DNA of 64,000 nt from a virus (Duplodnaviria; Caudoviricetes): positions 32,001 through 96,000 of IMG/VR virus record IMGVR_UViG_3300014208_000026. One strand, given 5' to 3'. Below, in pieces: positions 44,629 through 53,822 of the stretch (position 1 is the stretch's first letter; each line of letters begins with the position of its first letter). The notes under the pieces are model-generated. The model saw only the letters and a program-made list of their open reading frames with translations, was not told the origin of the DNA and ran no database searches. Both the position numbers and the translations under genes were made by a program.

Positions 44629-47600
44629 TGGCTGGTTTAGGTGACATAGCCCTCGACATTGGGCGCAAGGCTTCCACGGGGAAGGGTAGCGGCAAGATTG
44701 CCAACATCATCGACTTCGTCGAGTCTCCCTGGGGGTTGAAGGCCAGACTGTATCCTGTCCAACGGGTGATCCTCAAAGCCCACTACGGGATCCCCCTGGA
44801 TGACCGGAACAAGATTGTCAATCTCACGGATTGGCGCCGCGAAGATTCGCGCATGATGACTGAGGCTGACTATCTTAAATTTCTATTTGATGCGGGTAGA
44901 TGTAATATTAGAGAAGTAGATCATGAACGTAGAGAGATGATACTCTCGGTCGGACGTCGCTCGGGCAAGTGCAATTTGGGTGATAGTTTAATATTAACTA
45001 ATAAAGGTGTAACAAGAATAGATGCTCTAGGCGATCCTAACGGACCGGAGTTTCAGCCTCTCGAAATCGAGGTTGCCCAGGAAGCAGATAGAAAGGCGAT
45101 TTCGAAGTTTTTCTACAACGGGGGTGTGAAGCCCACCCGTACTTTGACCACTCGCTGCGGTTACAGACTTGGGGGGACGGACAACCATCGTATCAAGGTT
45201 CTGACCCAAGACGGCATAGTGGATTGGAAGTACCTTGCGGATATCCAGGTCGGGGATACCGTTTGCATTCACCGTAAGACGGACCTGTGGGCTTCCGAAT
45301 ACGTTGACTGCACCCCCTACTGGACAAGCGGGGGGTTGAAAAAACTCACTTTTCCGACTTTGTTGGACGAGGATTGGGGTTTCTTGTTGGGTCTTCTCGC
45401 GGGGGACGGAACCTGGGTTCACAAGACCGGCATAGAATTGACCGTGGCTGATATTGAAACCAAAATTCACGCTCGTGCCCTGTGGGATCAGCTTTTTGGC
45501 AGTCACAAAGAGCAGCAGGTTAAGGAATCTCCGATAACCAGTAGAGTGCAGTTTTTCAGTGTCGCTATGAGGCAGTTCCTTCACAACCTAGGCTGGGAGC
45601 TTGGCATTGCTCGGGACGCCAAGATGGTGCCCTGGTCCATCATGAGGTCCCCTAAGTCTGTTGTCCAAGCTTTCCTGCGGGGTCTGTTTGAGACGGACGG
45701 CGGGGTTGAATCTGGCGGTAAGGTCGTTTCATTCAGCACTGCGAGCGGCCGACTGGCCCGAGAAGTGCAAACTCTCCTTCTCAATCTGGGTATTGTCAGC
45801 CGTATCAAGCCGAAACCTATCAAGGGCAAGATTTACTGGATCTTGTGCGTCAGAGGGCTTCGGAGTCGGATTGCTTTTGCTGAACTCGTAGGATTCGACT
45901 CGCACAAGAAAATGGATCCCCTGCTGGCGTCGATTGAGGCGGCAGGGAAAGAAGGGAGCAATGCAGAAGGGATCCCGTACCAAAGACCCTGGTTGCGGAA
46001 ACTGTTGGAGTCTGTTCCTGCCCTTCAGGGCATTCCGGGGCACAAGCAGGAGTGGAGCCGGTCCAAGCTTCGGGCGGTATTAGGCAACACTCTCAAGCCC
46101 AGCACCGCTGAAGAAGTAACATATCCTATGTTGTTGAATGCCCTTCCCGTTGCTCGCTCCCTGGGAGCAGACCTTAGAATCATTGCCCATTTCGAGGAAC
46201 TTCAGCGCCTCGACTATTTCTTCGACCCCATCGAGACCATCGAGGAGGGGGAACATCCTGTCTACGACCTGAACGTGCCCGACGGGGAGTCTTTCGTAGC
46301 CAACGGGATGACAAACCACAACACGATGATCTCGGCTCTCATTTCCGTCTACGAGATGTACAAGCTGATCCAGAAGGGCAATCCGCAACACTACTATGCT
46401 CTTCCGCAGACCAACAACATTCAGATCATCTCGGTCGCTACGGACAAAGACCAAGCAGGAATTCTCTACAACGAGGCTTCCGGCTATTTCCGTTCGTGTG
46501 ATTTCTTCCAACCGTATACCGCCAACAACACCCTGTCCTATGCTCGTTTCCAGTCGCCCGAGGATATCCAGTTGTACGGTCCCTACGCTGAGGACCCTAC
46601 GGCCAAGGCTACTCTCCGCATGACCTTCCGGTCCTGCGTTGCGAAGGGGCTCCGTGGTGCTGGTAACCTTGTGGTCATCCTCGACGAGGTAGCCCACTTT
46701 ACGGATTCGGGGCAGTCCTCTGCTTCCGCCGTGTATGACGCTGTGCAGCCGTCTACCGCTACGTTCTTCCCGAAGGACCCGAAGGACCCTACGACCCCTC
46801 TCGGTCCTGGTGAGGGCCGTACCATTCTGATTTCTTCCCCGCTCGGTCGAGAAGGCATGTTCTACAAGCTCTTCGAGATCGGGTTCAAGGGCGGAGAGGC
46901 CGCCGAGAACATGCTTTGTGTTCAAGCCCCCACCTGGGAGGTAAACCCGACCGTTCCGGCCAGTGAGTTCAAGAAGCATTTTGCCAAGGACGCCAAGGTC
47001 TTCTTCACGGAGTTTGGGGCGGACTTCTCGGATCGTACTCGTGGTTGGATTGAACGCGAGAAAGACCTGACGGACTGTATTAAGCCGGATGCGAAACCGA
47101 CGTACAAGGCCGCTCCCAGACAGCCTCACTTCTTGGGTCTGGACGTCGGGTTGGTGAACGACGGTACCGCTATTGCCATCGGACACAATGAAGGCGACCT
47201 GATCGTCCTGGATATCATGGACTACATTCGAGCTGGAGAGGGCAAGTACGTTCACCACGAACGGTTGGAGTTTGAGGACGTGGCCCAGTGGGTTTACGAG
47301 TGGACTCGCCGTTTCCATATCAAAGAGGGCATTTTTGATAAGCACCTTGCAGACGTGATGGAGCAGTACCTGACTAAGAAGGGTATCGGGACGCTGGTTT
47401 CGCAAAGGTTCACTCCGCAGGAACGATCAGATGTGTACCAGTCGTTCAAGGATATGATGTACGACCGGAGGCTGGTCCTCTATGACGCTCCGATTGTTTC
47501 CGGAGAAATCCACTGTGCGTACATCAAGGAACTGTTGGAGTTGCAGGCAGAGACGCGCACCAAGTATATCACCGAGGTCAGAGCCCCGAATATCGAAGGC

Positions 47601-47834
47601 AAGCACGACGATATGTCGGACGCCTTGACCCGTATGGTCTGGTTGGCTTCTCAGGCGGCCTGTAAGACCCATCACATTGCTGTGACCAGCGGGGCTACCA
47701 GCAGGGACTACGTTCGTGACCCTATGTTGTCCTCATCGAGCAAAGCCGTTATGCGCCGTCACCGGATGACCCGTTCAGGGAGTTCTCCTGAGCGAATGAT
47801 TCCGAGGGGCGGGCGGCTTGGAAGGCGGTTCTAA
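44628..47834 (+). CDS. terL: terminase large subunit, full length, with intein
   Basis: LYPVQ, spliced GRRSGKT, ILDEVAH, nuclease LGLDVG...HDDMSDA. Confidence 0.92.
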   Translation: MAGLGDIALDIGRKASTGKGSGKIANIIDFVESPWGLKARLYPVQRVILKAHYGIPLDDRNKIVNLTDWRREDSRMMTEADYLKFLFDAGRCNIREVDHERREMILSVGRRSGKCNLGDSLILTNKGVTRIDALGDPNGPEFQPLEIEVAQEADRKAISKFFYNGGVKPTRTLTTRCGYRLGGTDNHRIKVLTQDGIVDWKYLADIQVGDTVCIHRKTDLWASEYVDCTPYWTSGGLKKLTFPTLLDEDWGFLLGLLAGDGTWVHKTGIELTVADIETKIHARALWDQLFGSHKEQQVKESPITSRVQFFSVAMRQFLHNLGWELGIARDAKMVPWSIMRSPKSVVQAFLRGLFETDGGVESGGKVVSFSTASGRLAREVQTLLLNLGIVSRIKPKPIKGKIYWILCVRGLRSRIAFAELVGFDSHKKMDPLLASIEAAGKEGSNAEGIPYQRPWLRKLLESVPALQGIPGHKQEWSRSKLRAVLGNTLKPSTAEEVTYPMLLNALPVARSLGADLRIIAHFEELQRLDYFFDPIETIEEGEHPVYDLNVPDGESFVANGMTNHNTMISALISVYEMYKLIQKGNPQHYYALPQTNNIQIISVATDKDQAGILYNEASGYFRSCDFFQPYTANNTLSYARFQSPEDIQLYGPYAEDPTAKATLRMTFRSCVAKGLRGAGNLVVILDEVAHFTDSGQSSASAVYDAVQPSTATFFPKDPKDPTTPLGPGEGRTILISSPLGREGMFYKLFEIGFKGGEAAENMLCVQAPTWEVNPTVPASEFKKHFAKDAKVFFTEFGADFSDRTRGWIEREKDLTDCIKPDAKPTYKAAPRQPHFLGLDVGLVNDGTAIAIGHNEGDLIVLDIMDYIRAGEGKYVHHERLEFEDVAQWVYEWTRRFHIKEGIFDKHLADVMEQYLTKKGIGTLVSQRFTPQERSDVYQSFKDMMYDRRLVLYDAPIVSGEIHCAYIKELLELQAETRTKYITEVRAPNIEGKHDDMSDALTRMVWLASQAACKTHHIAVTSGATSRDYVRDPMLSSSSKAVMRRHRMTRSGSSPERMIPRGGRLGRRF
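44970..46322 (+). mobile_element. LAGLIDADG intein in TerL Walker A (451 aa)
   Basis: Starts CNLGDSLIL, has LLGLLAGDG and FLRGLFETDG, ends NHN before Thr. Confidence 0.92.
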
Positions 47835-47836
47835 CC

Positions 47837-48085
47837 ATGAGCGCACTTTCCCCAAAGAGTCCTATCAGGGCGGATCACCGAGTGATCTGGAAAGTTGTGA
47901 AGCTGACAGGCGGGAACGGGGCTCTGCGAATTGACAGTGAGATGACTCGCATCTCGAACGTCTTTCGAAGGCTGGGTGGGTCCTGGACGGGTTTCTTCAA
48001 AGGGAGCATCGACGATGTGACTCTGTTGAAGAAGGTGGTGCGGTTCGCTATGAAAAAGGGATACGTGACGAAGAGTTCTGAGTAA
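47837..48085 (+). CDS. small basic hypothetical protein
   Basis: 82 aa ORF in operon. Confidence 0.55.
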   Translation: MSALSPKSPIRADHRVIWKVVKLTGGNGALRIDSEMTRISNVFRRLGGSWTGFFKGSIDDVTLLKKVVRFAMKKGYVTKSSE

Positions 48086-48103
48086 GAAGGTAGAGTAGAG
48101 ACT

Positions 48104-48430
48104 ATGAGTAAGATGCGGGCCCGTCTATCTTCCATGGAAAACGATAGAGAGGTGCAAAGCCATGTAGCCGAGGCCGAAAGTGCCTTGGCGAAGGCAATGC
48201 AAGTTGCCAGGGCTGCATCGGGAGAGGCTGGTTCTGCTCAAAGGACACGTTCGGTTGCCGTGATTCGGGATATCGAGAGGGCGTTACATGCCCTGTCTGG
48301 AATCCGGAGAATCGGGGGGATTGATCTTACCGATGAGGATTTGATGGGTTCGGAGGAGAGAAAGAAGGTACGGGAGGCACGAGCGGTTGCCCGTGACGAA
48401 AAGACTCAACGTGCTCGAAGGAGTGCTTAA
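48104..48430 (+). CDS. hypothetical protein
   Basis: 108 aa ORF in operon. Confidence 0.6.
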   Translation: MSKMRARLSSMENDREVQSHVAEAESALAKAMQVARAASGEAGSAQRTRSVAVIRDIERALHALSGIRRIGGIDLTDEDLMGSEERKKVREARAVARDEKTQRARRSA

Positions 48431-48432
48431 CT

Positions 48433-50304
48433 ATGGCTGTCCAAAAACCGCGTACACGTCGAGTGTCTATCGTTGGGAATCGAGGGACCCCCCGGAGGGT
48501 CGTGGCAGGGGCCATGCGGTCGAACGGGTTGGAGGGGGCTGTTGAAGTCTCTAAAGTAAAGCCTCGTCCGGCAACCCTGGGCCGTCCCGCCGTCAGGACG
48601 GGAAAGCCAGGGAAGATTGCCTCTGGCTCGATGCGGTTGGGTACTTCCGCTTTCGGCATGCCCGGGATTGGGAACTCTACGATGGGGCAGGGAGGTAACT
48701 TCTACTCCCCTGAGTTGTCGACTGACTTTTTGGAATTGCCGCAGAGCAGGGACGAAGAACGAAACTACTATCGGTTCTTCTACAAGCACGATCCTTTCGT
48801 CGGTCAGGCTATTGACCTCCAGACAGATATTCCGCTCTCGAAGATTCGATTGGGTAAGCCTGAGATTCCAGAGTTTGATTTGGACTATTTGAACAGCCCC
48901 GAAGGAAAGGAATTCTTGAAGGGGGCGGACAAACTGGCCAAGCAGTCCCAGCGGTTCTGCAAGAAGTGGAACCGTAGGATTCACTTGCTGAAACAACTTC
49001 TGGATATCTCCCATGATTTGAACCTTCTCGGTGAGGTTTTCGTTTTCATAGAGGACGACAATCCAGAGATGCCTGACGACGTGAGATACAACACGGTCCT
49101 GGCGATTGATCCCGAAGGGGGGGAGCCAGTAGAGCAGAAGCATGAGCGCGAAGACGCGGATGAGCGGGCCTACGAGTGGCTCCGGACGCATTACAAGGGA
49201 TGGACCGCCATGCGGGTTCTGCCGCCCGAGCAGATCAGTATGAAGTCTTTCCCCTTCACTGACGAGAGGCTCATCCAGCTCATTATTGATAGTAAGACCA
49301 AGGATCTCGTGAACCAAGCTATGGCGGGGGATCCCGACTCCCAGCGGATCATGGAAAGTCTGCCTGAGGATGTGGTTAATGCTGTGCTAGAAGGGGTCAA
49401 CATTCCTTTGAACACGGACCCTGAAGCAGGATCTTTCGTACATTATATATCTCGTCGTAAGTCTCAATATGAAGAGAGAGGCACTTCTGTATTATCAAGA
49501 TGTATAAGAACACTTGTTTTTATGGACAAATGCCGTCAGGCAAATACTTCGATTGCATCTCGTCATATGACACCTATGCGTATTGTTTGGGTTGAAGATG
49601 GCGATGCGGCTGATGTTGAAGAATTGCGTGAACAAGTTGATATGGCGCTTCAGGACCCCGACTATTCGATCATCACGAACTATCAGGTCAACTGGGAGGA
49701 GATGGGGGCGGAGCAGCGGCTTCTGGATCTAACTAGTGAGTACGAGCGAGCAGACCGTATGTTGTATGCCGGTCTGGGAGTTACGGAGTCGCTGTTGTCC
49801 GGTGAGTCCTCCTACTCAGGGGATAGGATCAACCTGGAGGTGATCAACACCCGTTTCATGCTCTTCCGCGAGTTGATGCAAGAGTTTGTCGAAGAGCACC
49901 TCTACGCTCCGATGTGTCGCCGGATGGGTTACGTGGTCACGGACGAGTGGGGGGACGAGATTCCGCTGGTTCCTGGACTGTCCTTTACTCGACTGGCTCT
50001 GCGGGACAATGCGGACACGTTCGACTCCATGCTGAACCTCTACCAGAAGGGCAGTTTGGATATTGACGTGATCCTGGAACTCTTGAATATCGATCCCGAG
50101 ACGACCCGCGAGAAGCTGAAGCGGGATCTGTTCACTCTCCAGGACGCCACCTTCAACGAACTTCTGCGTAGCATCTACAACGACGCGGCTCAGAAGCTCA
50201 ACGACAATTCCAACATGATCGACCTCATGGCGAAGAAGATGGGGATCGACGGGCTGGTGTACAAGAAGGCACAGGAAGAAGGCGACGGTCGGTTCGGCGG
50301 CTAG
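48433..50304 (+). CDS. probable portal protein
   Basis: 623 aa downstream of terL; YRFFYKHDPFVGQAID, RGTSVLSRC and LYAGLGV patterns. Confidence 0.75.
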   Translation: MAVQKPRTRRVSIVGNRGTPRRVVAGAMRSNGLEGAVEVSKVKPRPATLGRPAVRTGKPGKIASGSMRLGTSAFGMPGIGNSTMGQGGNFYSPELSTDFLELPQSRDEERNYYRFFYKHDPFVGQAIDLQTDIPLSKIRLGKPEIPEFDLDYLNSPEGKEFLKGADKLAKQSQRFCKKWNRRIHLLKQLLDISHDLNLLGEVFVFIEDDNPEMPDDVRYNTVLAIDPEGGEPVEQKHEREDADERAYEWLRTHYKGWTAMRVLPPEQISMKSFPFTDERLIQLIIDSKTKDLVNQAMAGDPDSQRIMESLPEDVVNAVLEGVNIPLNTDPEAGSFVHYISRRKSQYEERGTSVLSRCIRTLVFMDKCRQANTSIASRHMTPMRIVWVEDGDAADVEELREQVDMALQDPDYSIITNYQVNWEEMGAEQRLLDLTSEYERADRMLYAGLGVTESLLSGESSYSGDRINLEVINTRFMLFRELMQEFVEEHLYAPMCRRMGYVVTDEWGDEIPLVPGLSFTRLALRDNADTFDSMLNLYQKGSLDIDVILELLNIDPETTREKLKRDLFTLQDATFNELLRSIYNDAAQKLNDNSNMIDLMAKKMGIDGLVYKKAQEEGDGRFGG

Positions 50305-50361
50305 TTTTTTTTTTGCCTATAGGGTCTGTCTGGGTAGGTGAGTTTCTTAACTTGAAAGGTT

Positions 50362-50856
50362 ATGACCATGACGACCCTGAAGAGCGCGTGTGTGAAGTTG
50401 GCGTATGAGAATCCGGAACTCCGCCCTCTGCTGATGCCTCTGCTGCGAAGCAAGACGGCAACCGAATTCCCCTCAAAAGAGGCTCTTGAGAAGTACCTCA
50501 AGGATCACCCCGGGGCAAACCGGTCGAACCATAAAGTTGTCGAGAACAAGGGTAAGGGAGAGGCCAAGACTGAGGGCAAAGAGGATTCTAAGGCTGTCTC
50601 CATGTCTCGTGAAGGCTACAAGGCTATTGCAAATTCCCTCCGTGGGTTTGGCAGTTCAGGTTCTTGGGAGCACGTTATTTCCTATGCCATTTCGGATAAG
50701 CCCATGGAAAGGAAGCACGTGGATAAGGTTCTTTCCGACATCAACGGGTATCTGAAGAACTGGAAAGCAACCTCCGAGAGTAACCGTTGGGGGGACAGGG
50801 ACAAGAAGAGCCTGACTCGGGCCAAGGGCATTCTGGAGAATTGGTCCAAGAAGTAG
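50362..50856 (+). CDS. putative virion cargo protein with N-terminal tag
   Basis: LKSACVKLAYENPELRPLLMPLLRSKTAT. Confidence 0.75.
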   Translation: MTMTTLKSACVKLAYENPELRPLLMPLLRSKTATEFPSKEALEKYLKDHPGANRSNHKVVENKGKGEAKTEGKEDSKAVSMSREGYKAIANSLRGFGSSGSWEHVISYAISDKPMERKHVDKVLSDINGYLKNWKATSESNRWGDRDKKSLTRAKGILENWSKK

Positions 50857-50919
50857 TTCCCATTCTCCCCACTCTCGCGCAATAACCAGTCTATTCCTTT
50901 CCTCTAATAGAACCTCTGC

Positions 50920-52026
50920 GTGAGTTCTGCCGTGGGTGCTATTCTATACTTGACCAACGTCAAGGTTTTCGAAGAAGCCTTGGCAAACTTGAATCGGTCG
51001 ATTCTCTACCCGACTGACCGTTGGGATCTGGCTATCAACTACGACACGCTCATGAGAAACGGGAAGCGTTGGGCAGACTACATCATCGACAAGCTGTCTG
51101 TTCCTCCCGCCTATGCCAAGTCGGTGGAAATGATTTCCAGGGAGTTTGCCAAGCCTCGGCGTCCCAAGGATATTCCAGCTTGGTTCGAGAAGAACAAGAA
51201 GCGGTTGGAAGTCCTGCTCCTGGCTGACAAGTGGCCCCAGGCTTCTGAGAACGAGGGTACAGAGGGAGAGGTTTTCAAACACGGGGGGTTGACAATCCAC
51301 AACGTCATTCGAGCAAGCGGTAAGGCTCTCGAAGATGCTTTGAAGACCCTCGATATCGCGATGAGGAATGCTGCGGGTACGGGGATCTCGGATTTCCGGT
51401 CGGTGGTGTATGGGGACGTGTACCTCGTCGGGCAGTTGGGCCGAAAGAACTGGGCCGCTTGGTATATGCCCGCCAAGGATATGATTTACCTCCGACCTGG
51501 GGTCAGGGGCTTACCTCCCGAAGAGTGCGCCCAGCACCTGTTGCACGAGTTCGGGCACCGGTACTGGAAATTGAAGTTGTCTCGTGAGGTAATGGGGACT
51601 TGGAACTCACACCACTACCTCATGGAACATGGAATCGGTGCGGGTGGAGACGCTGAAGCCAAAATGCCGGAGGTCGGGGATGCACTCCCTATGAATGTGG
51701 ATAGGAAAAAGGTCAAGGTTGAAAAGATTGAGAAGTCGACTTATTCTCTTGTTGCCGTAGATACGGGGGCTCCTGCGGGCACAATATCTTTTAGTCAGCT
51801 ATTCAATTGGCTGTACAATTATTCAATAGCCGAGAAGTTTCCGACCCTGTATGCCCGCACGGATGCCGAAGAGCACTTCTGCGAAGCATTGTCCCTGAGG
51901 GCTCTGGGCAAGCTGAAGGCTCACAACCTGGAAGCATTCGACAAGATTGTTCTGGGAGAAGGGAAGGGACAGGGGGCTGTGAGGGTTGCGGGTCGGTGGT
52001 TGCGAGGAAAGGGCTGGGCAAGATGA
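50920..52026 (+). CDS. zincin metallopeptidase (HEXXH) protein with C-terminal tag
   Basis: LHEFGH...YARTDAEEHFCE; ends RVAGRWL. Confidence 0.75.
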   Translation: MSSAVGAILYLTNVKVFEEALANLNRSILYPTDRWDLAINYDTLMRNGKRWADYIIDKLSVPPAYAKSVEMISREFAKPRRPKDIPAWFEKNKKRLEVLLLADKWPQASENEGTEGEVFKHGGLTIHNVIRASGKALEDALKTLDIAMRNAAGTGISDFRSVVYGDVYLVGQLGRKNWAAWYMPAKDMIYLRPGVRGLPPEECAQHLLHEFGHRYWKLKLSREVMGTWNSHHYLMEHGIGAGGDAEAKMPEVGDALPMNVDRKKVKVEKIEKSTYSLVAVDTGAPAGTISFSQLFNWLYNYSIAEKFPTLYARTDAEEHFCEALSLRALGKLKAHNLEAFDKIVLGEGKGQGAVRVAGRWLRGKGWAR

Positions 52027-52787
52027 ATCACGCTACATCAGTTGCTTTGATGAAGTTCCTTTCAGGGGTCGCTAGGAGACTCGGAGTGGGAAATGACACA
52101 TATATTGTGGGAGGAGCTGTGCGTAATTTTACGCTTGATCCAACAGGACTCAAGTATCCGATCAAAGATTTGGATATTGTAATAGATCCGGTATCTGTAG
52201 GCAGAAAAGATGCTTCTGATTGGTTTGCAAAGCAATTGTCTGAGAACATACCAGCAGAAACCAAGATCGTTACGAATAATTATGGAGTTGCGATATTGTC
52301 GGTAGTTGGGGAATGGGTTCTTGATGGGCAATCTATGCGCGGAGAGGTCATTGAGATTGCTAATGCTCGAAAAGAGAGTTATGGGGGTGGGGATAGTGAA
52401 AAGGATTCGGGAAAAGGATATAAACCTCATATGGTTGAACCAGCGACTATATATGAAGATATAAAAAGAAGAGAGTTCACCATGAATTATCTCCTCTGGC
52501 GTTTGTATGATCTTGCAGATGGTCCAGACAAAGCTGAGATATTGGATCTTGGGGGTTGTGGACTAAGGGATCTTAAAGAAGGTGTGTTGCGTTGCCCCTC
52601 CGATCCGGACAAGACTTTTTCCGATGATCCTAGTAGGCTTTTGAGGCTTTGTAGGTTCTCTGTGAAATACGGCTTTAAGATACCTCCTGAAATAGTAGAG
52701 TCTGCTAGAAGAAATGCGCATAAACTCAAGAACATACCTCCTAGTGCTCTTTCCAATTTACTCATTAAAATACTAGAGGGAAAATAG
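52023..52787 (+). CDS. cca: class II tRNA nucleotidyltransferase (CCA-type), N-terminal piece
   Basis: IVGGAVRN, KDLDI, EDIKRREFTMN, DDPSRLLR. Confidence 0.85.
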   Translation: MNHATSVALMKFLSGVARRLGVGNDTYIVGGAVRNFTLDPTGLKYPIKDLDIVIDPVSVGRKDASDWFAKQLSENIPAETKIVTNNYGVAILSVVGEWVLDGQSMRGEVIEIANARKESYGGGDSEKDSGKGYKPHMVEPATIYEDIKRREFTMNYLLWRLYDLADGPDKAEILDLGGCGLRDLKEGVLRCPSDPDKTFSDDPSRLLRLCRFSVKYGFKIPPEIVESARRNAHKLKNIPPSALSNLLIKILEGK

Positions 52788-53822
52788 ATGCCTGCTTCAC
52801 CTGAAAAAAGATGGACTGAAGAACAAGACAGCACCCTGCGTGAAGGTTGGGCTGGTGGCGTTTCCGCAGAGGATCTCGCGTTGAAGTTGTTAAGAACGGA
52901 AACATCTATTCGCGGACGAGTTGCGATACTGGGAGTGCGGAGGAGTCCGGGATATATTTCTTCTATTCGTTCAAGTCTGAGTGTTGGTAAGCGTTTTAGT
53001 TGGACGGAAGAAGAGGAGAATATGCTACGTGTCTTTTACGAGGAGCAAGGGCTGTCTTACGAGGAGGTGGCTGTTAAATTACCTGTTGCTAAGACCTATA
53101 CTGCAATCCGGATGAAAGTACGGAAACTAGGGCTTCACCACACTAAAGAACAGTTTCTAGCAGTTTGTAGTCGTATGTCTATGGGGGACAGAAATGGCAT
53201 GTACGGAAAACCCGGGATTAATCTAGGGAAATCTCCTTCGGAAGAAACACGGAATAAGATAAGAGAGAACAAGCTGGAGGGTTTTGCTTCTGGGAGGCTA
53301 CATGGCATGGTTGGCCCTCTTAATCCTGCATTTGGTAAACCCAGCTCTATGCGCGGTAAACATCTTCCGGATTCTGCAAAGCAGACTCTTAGCCAGAAAG
53401 CCCGTGTCCGGTGGTTGGATAGGTCTGAGCAATATAAGTCAGACCATTTGTTAAAGATGCGTAAAGGCTGGATAACCTGGGCTATGAGAACGGAGGAAAA
53501 CAGAACTTGGATTGAGAAACTGGTAGCAATATGGCTGCAAGAAGAGGCTCTGGCATTTACGGAGCAGACACAGGTCGGTTTCTATATTGTGGATTTCCTA
53601 GTCGGTAATAAGGTGATCGAAACGCAAGGCGACTACTGGCATGCCAATCCTTCTGTTTACAGTCAGTTGGACTCCACGCAGAAATCAAATGTACGGAGAG
53701 ACAAGGCCAAAGCAACTTACCTGAAAAATCGAGGTTTCGGATTTCTGTCTTTGTGGGAGTTAGACCTGAAAAAGAATCCCGAGGGCTGTCGAAATCTACT
53801 ACGGGAGTTCTTAGCCTCATGA
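52788..53822 (+). mobile_element. free-standing homing-endonuclease-like ORF (Myb/HTH repeats, NUMOD3, Vsr/EDxHD-like nuclease)
   Basis: WTEEQD and WTEEEE repeats, GMYGK...SEETRNKI, IVDF...IETQGDYWH. Confidence 0.8.

Noticed and set aside
37649-47405. Minus-strand ORFs 37649-38752 and 46080-47405
   Set aside because: Antisense to supported genes; no motifs or RBS
50305-50314. Ten-T run after the portal gene as phase-variation site or terminator
   Set aside because: Intergenic with no convincing preceding stem; cannot be supported from sequence alone
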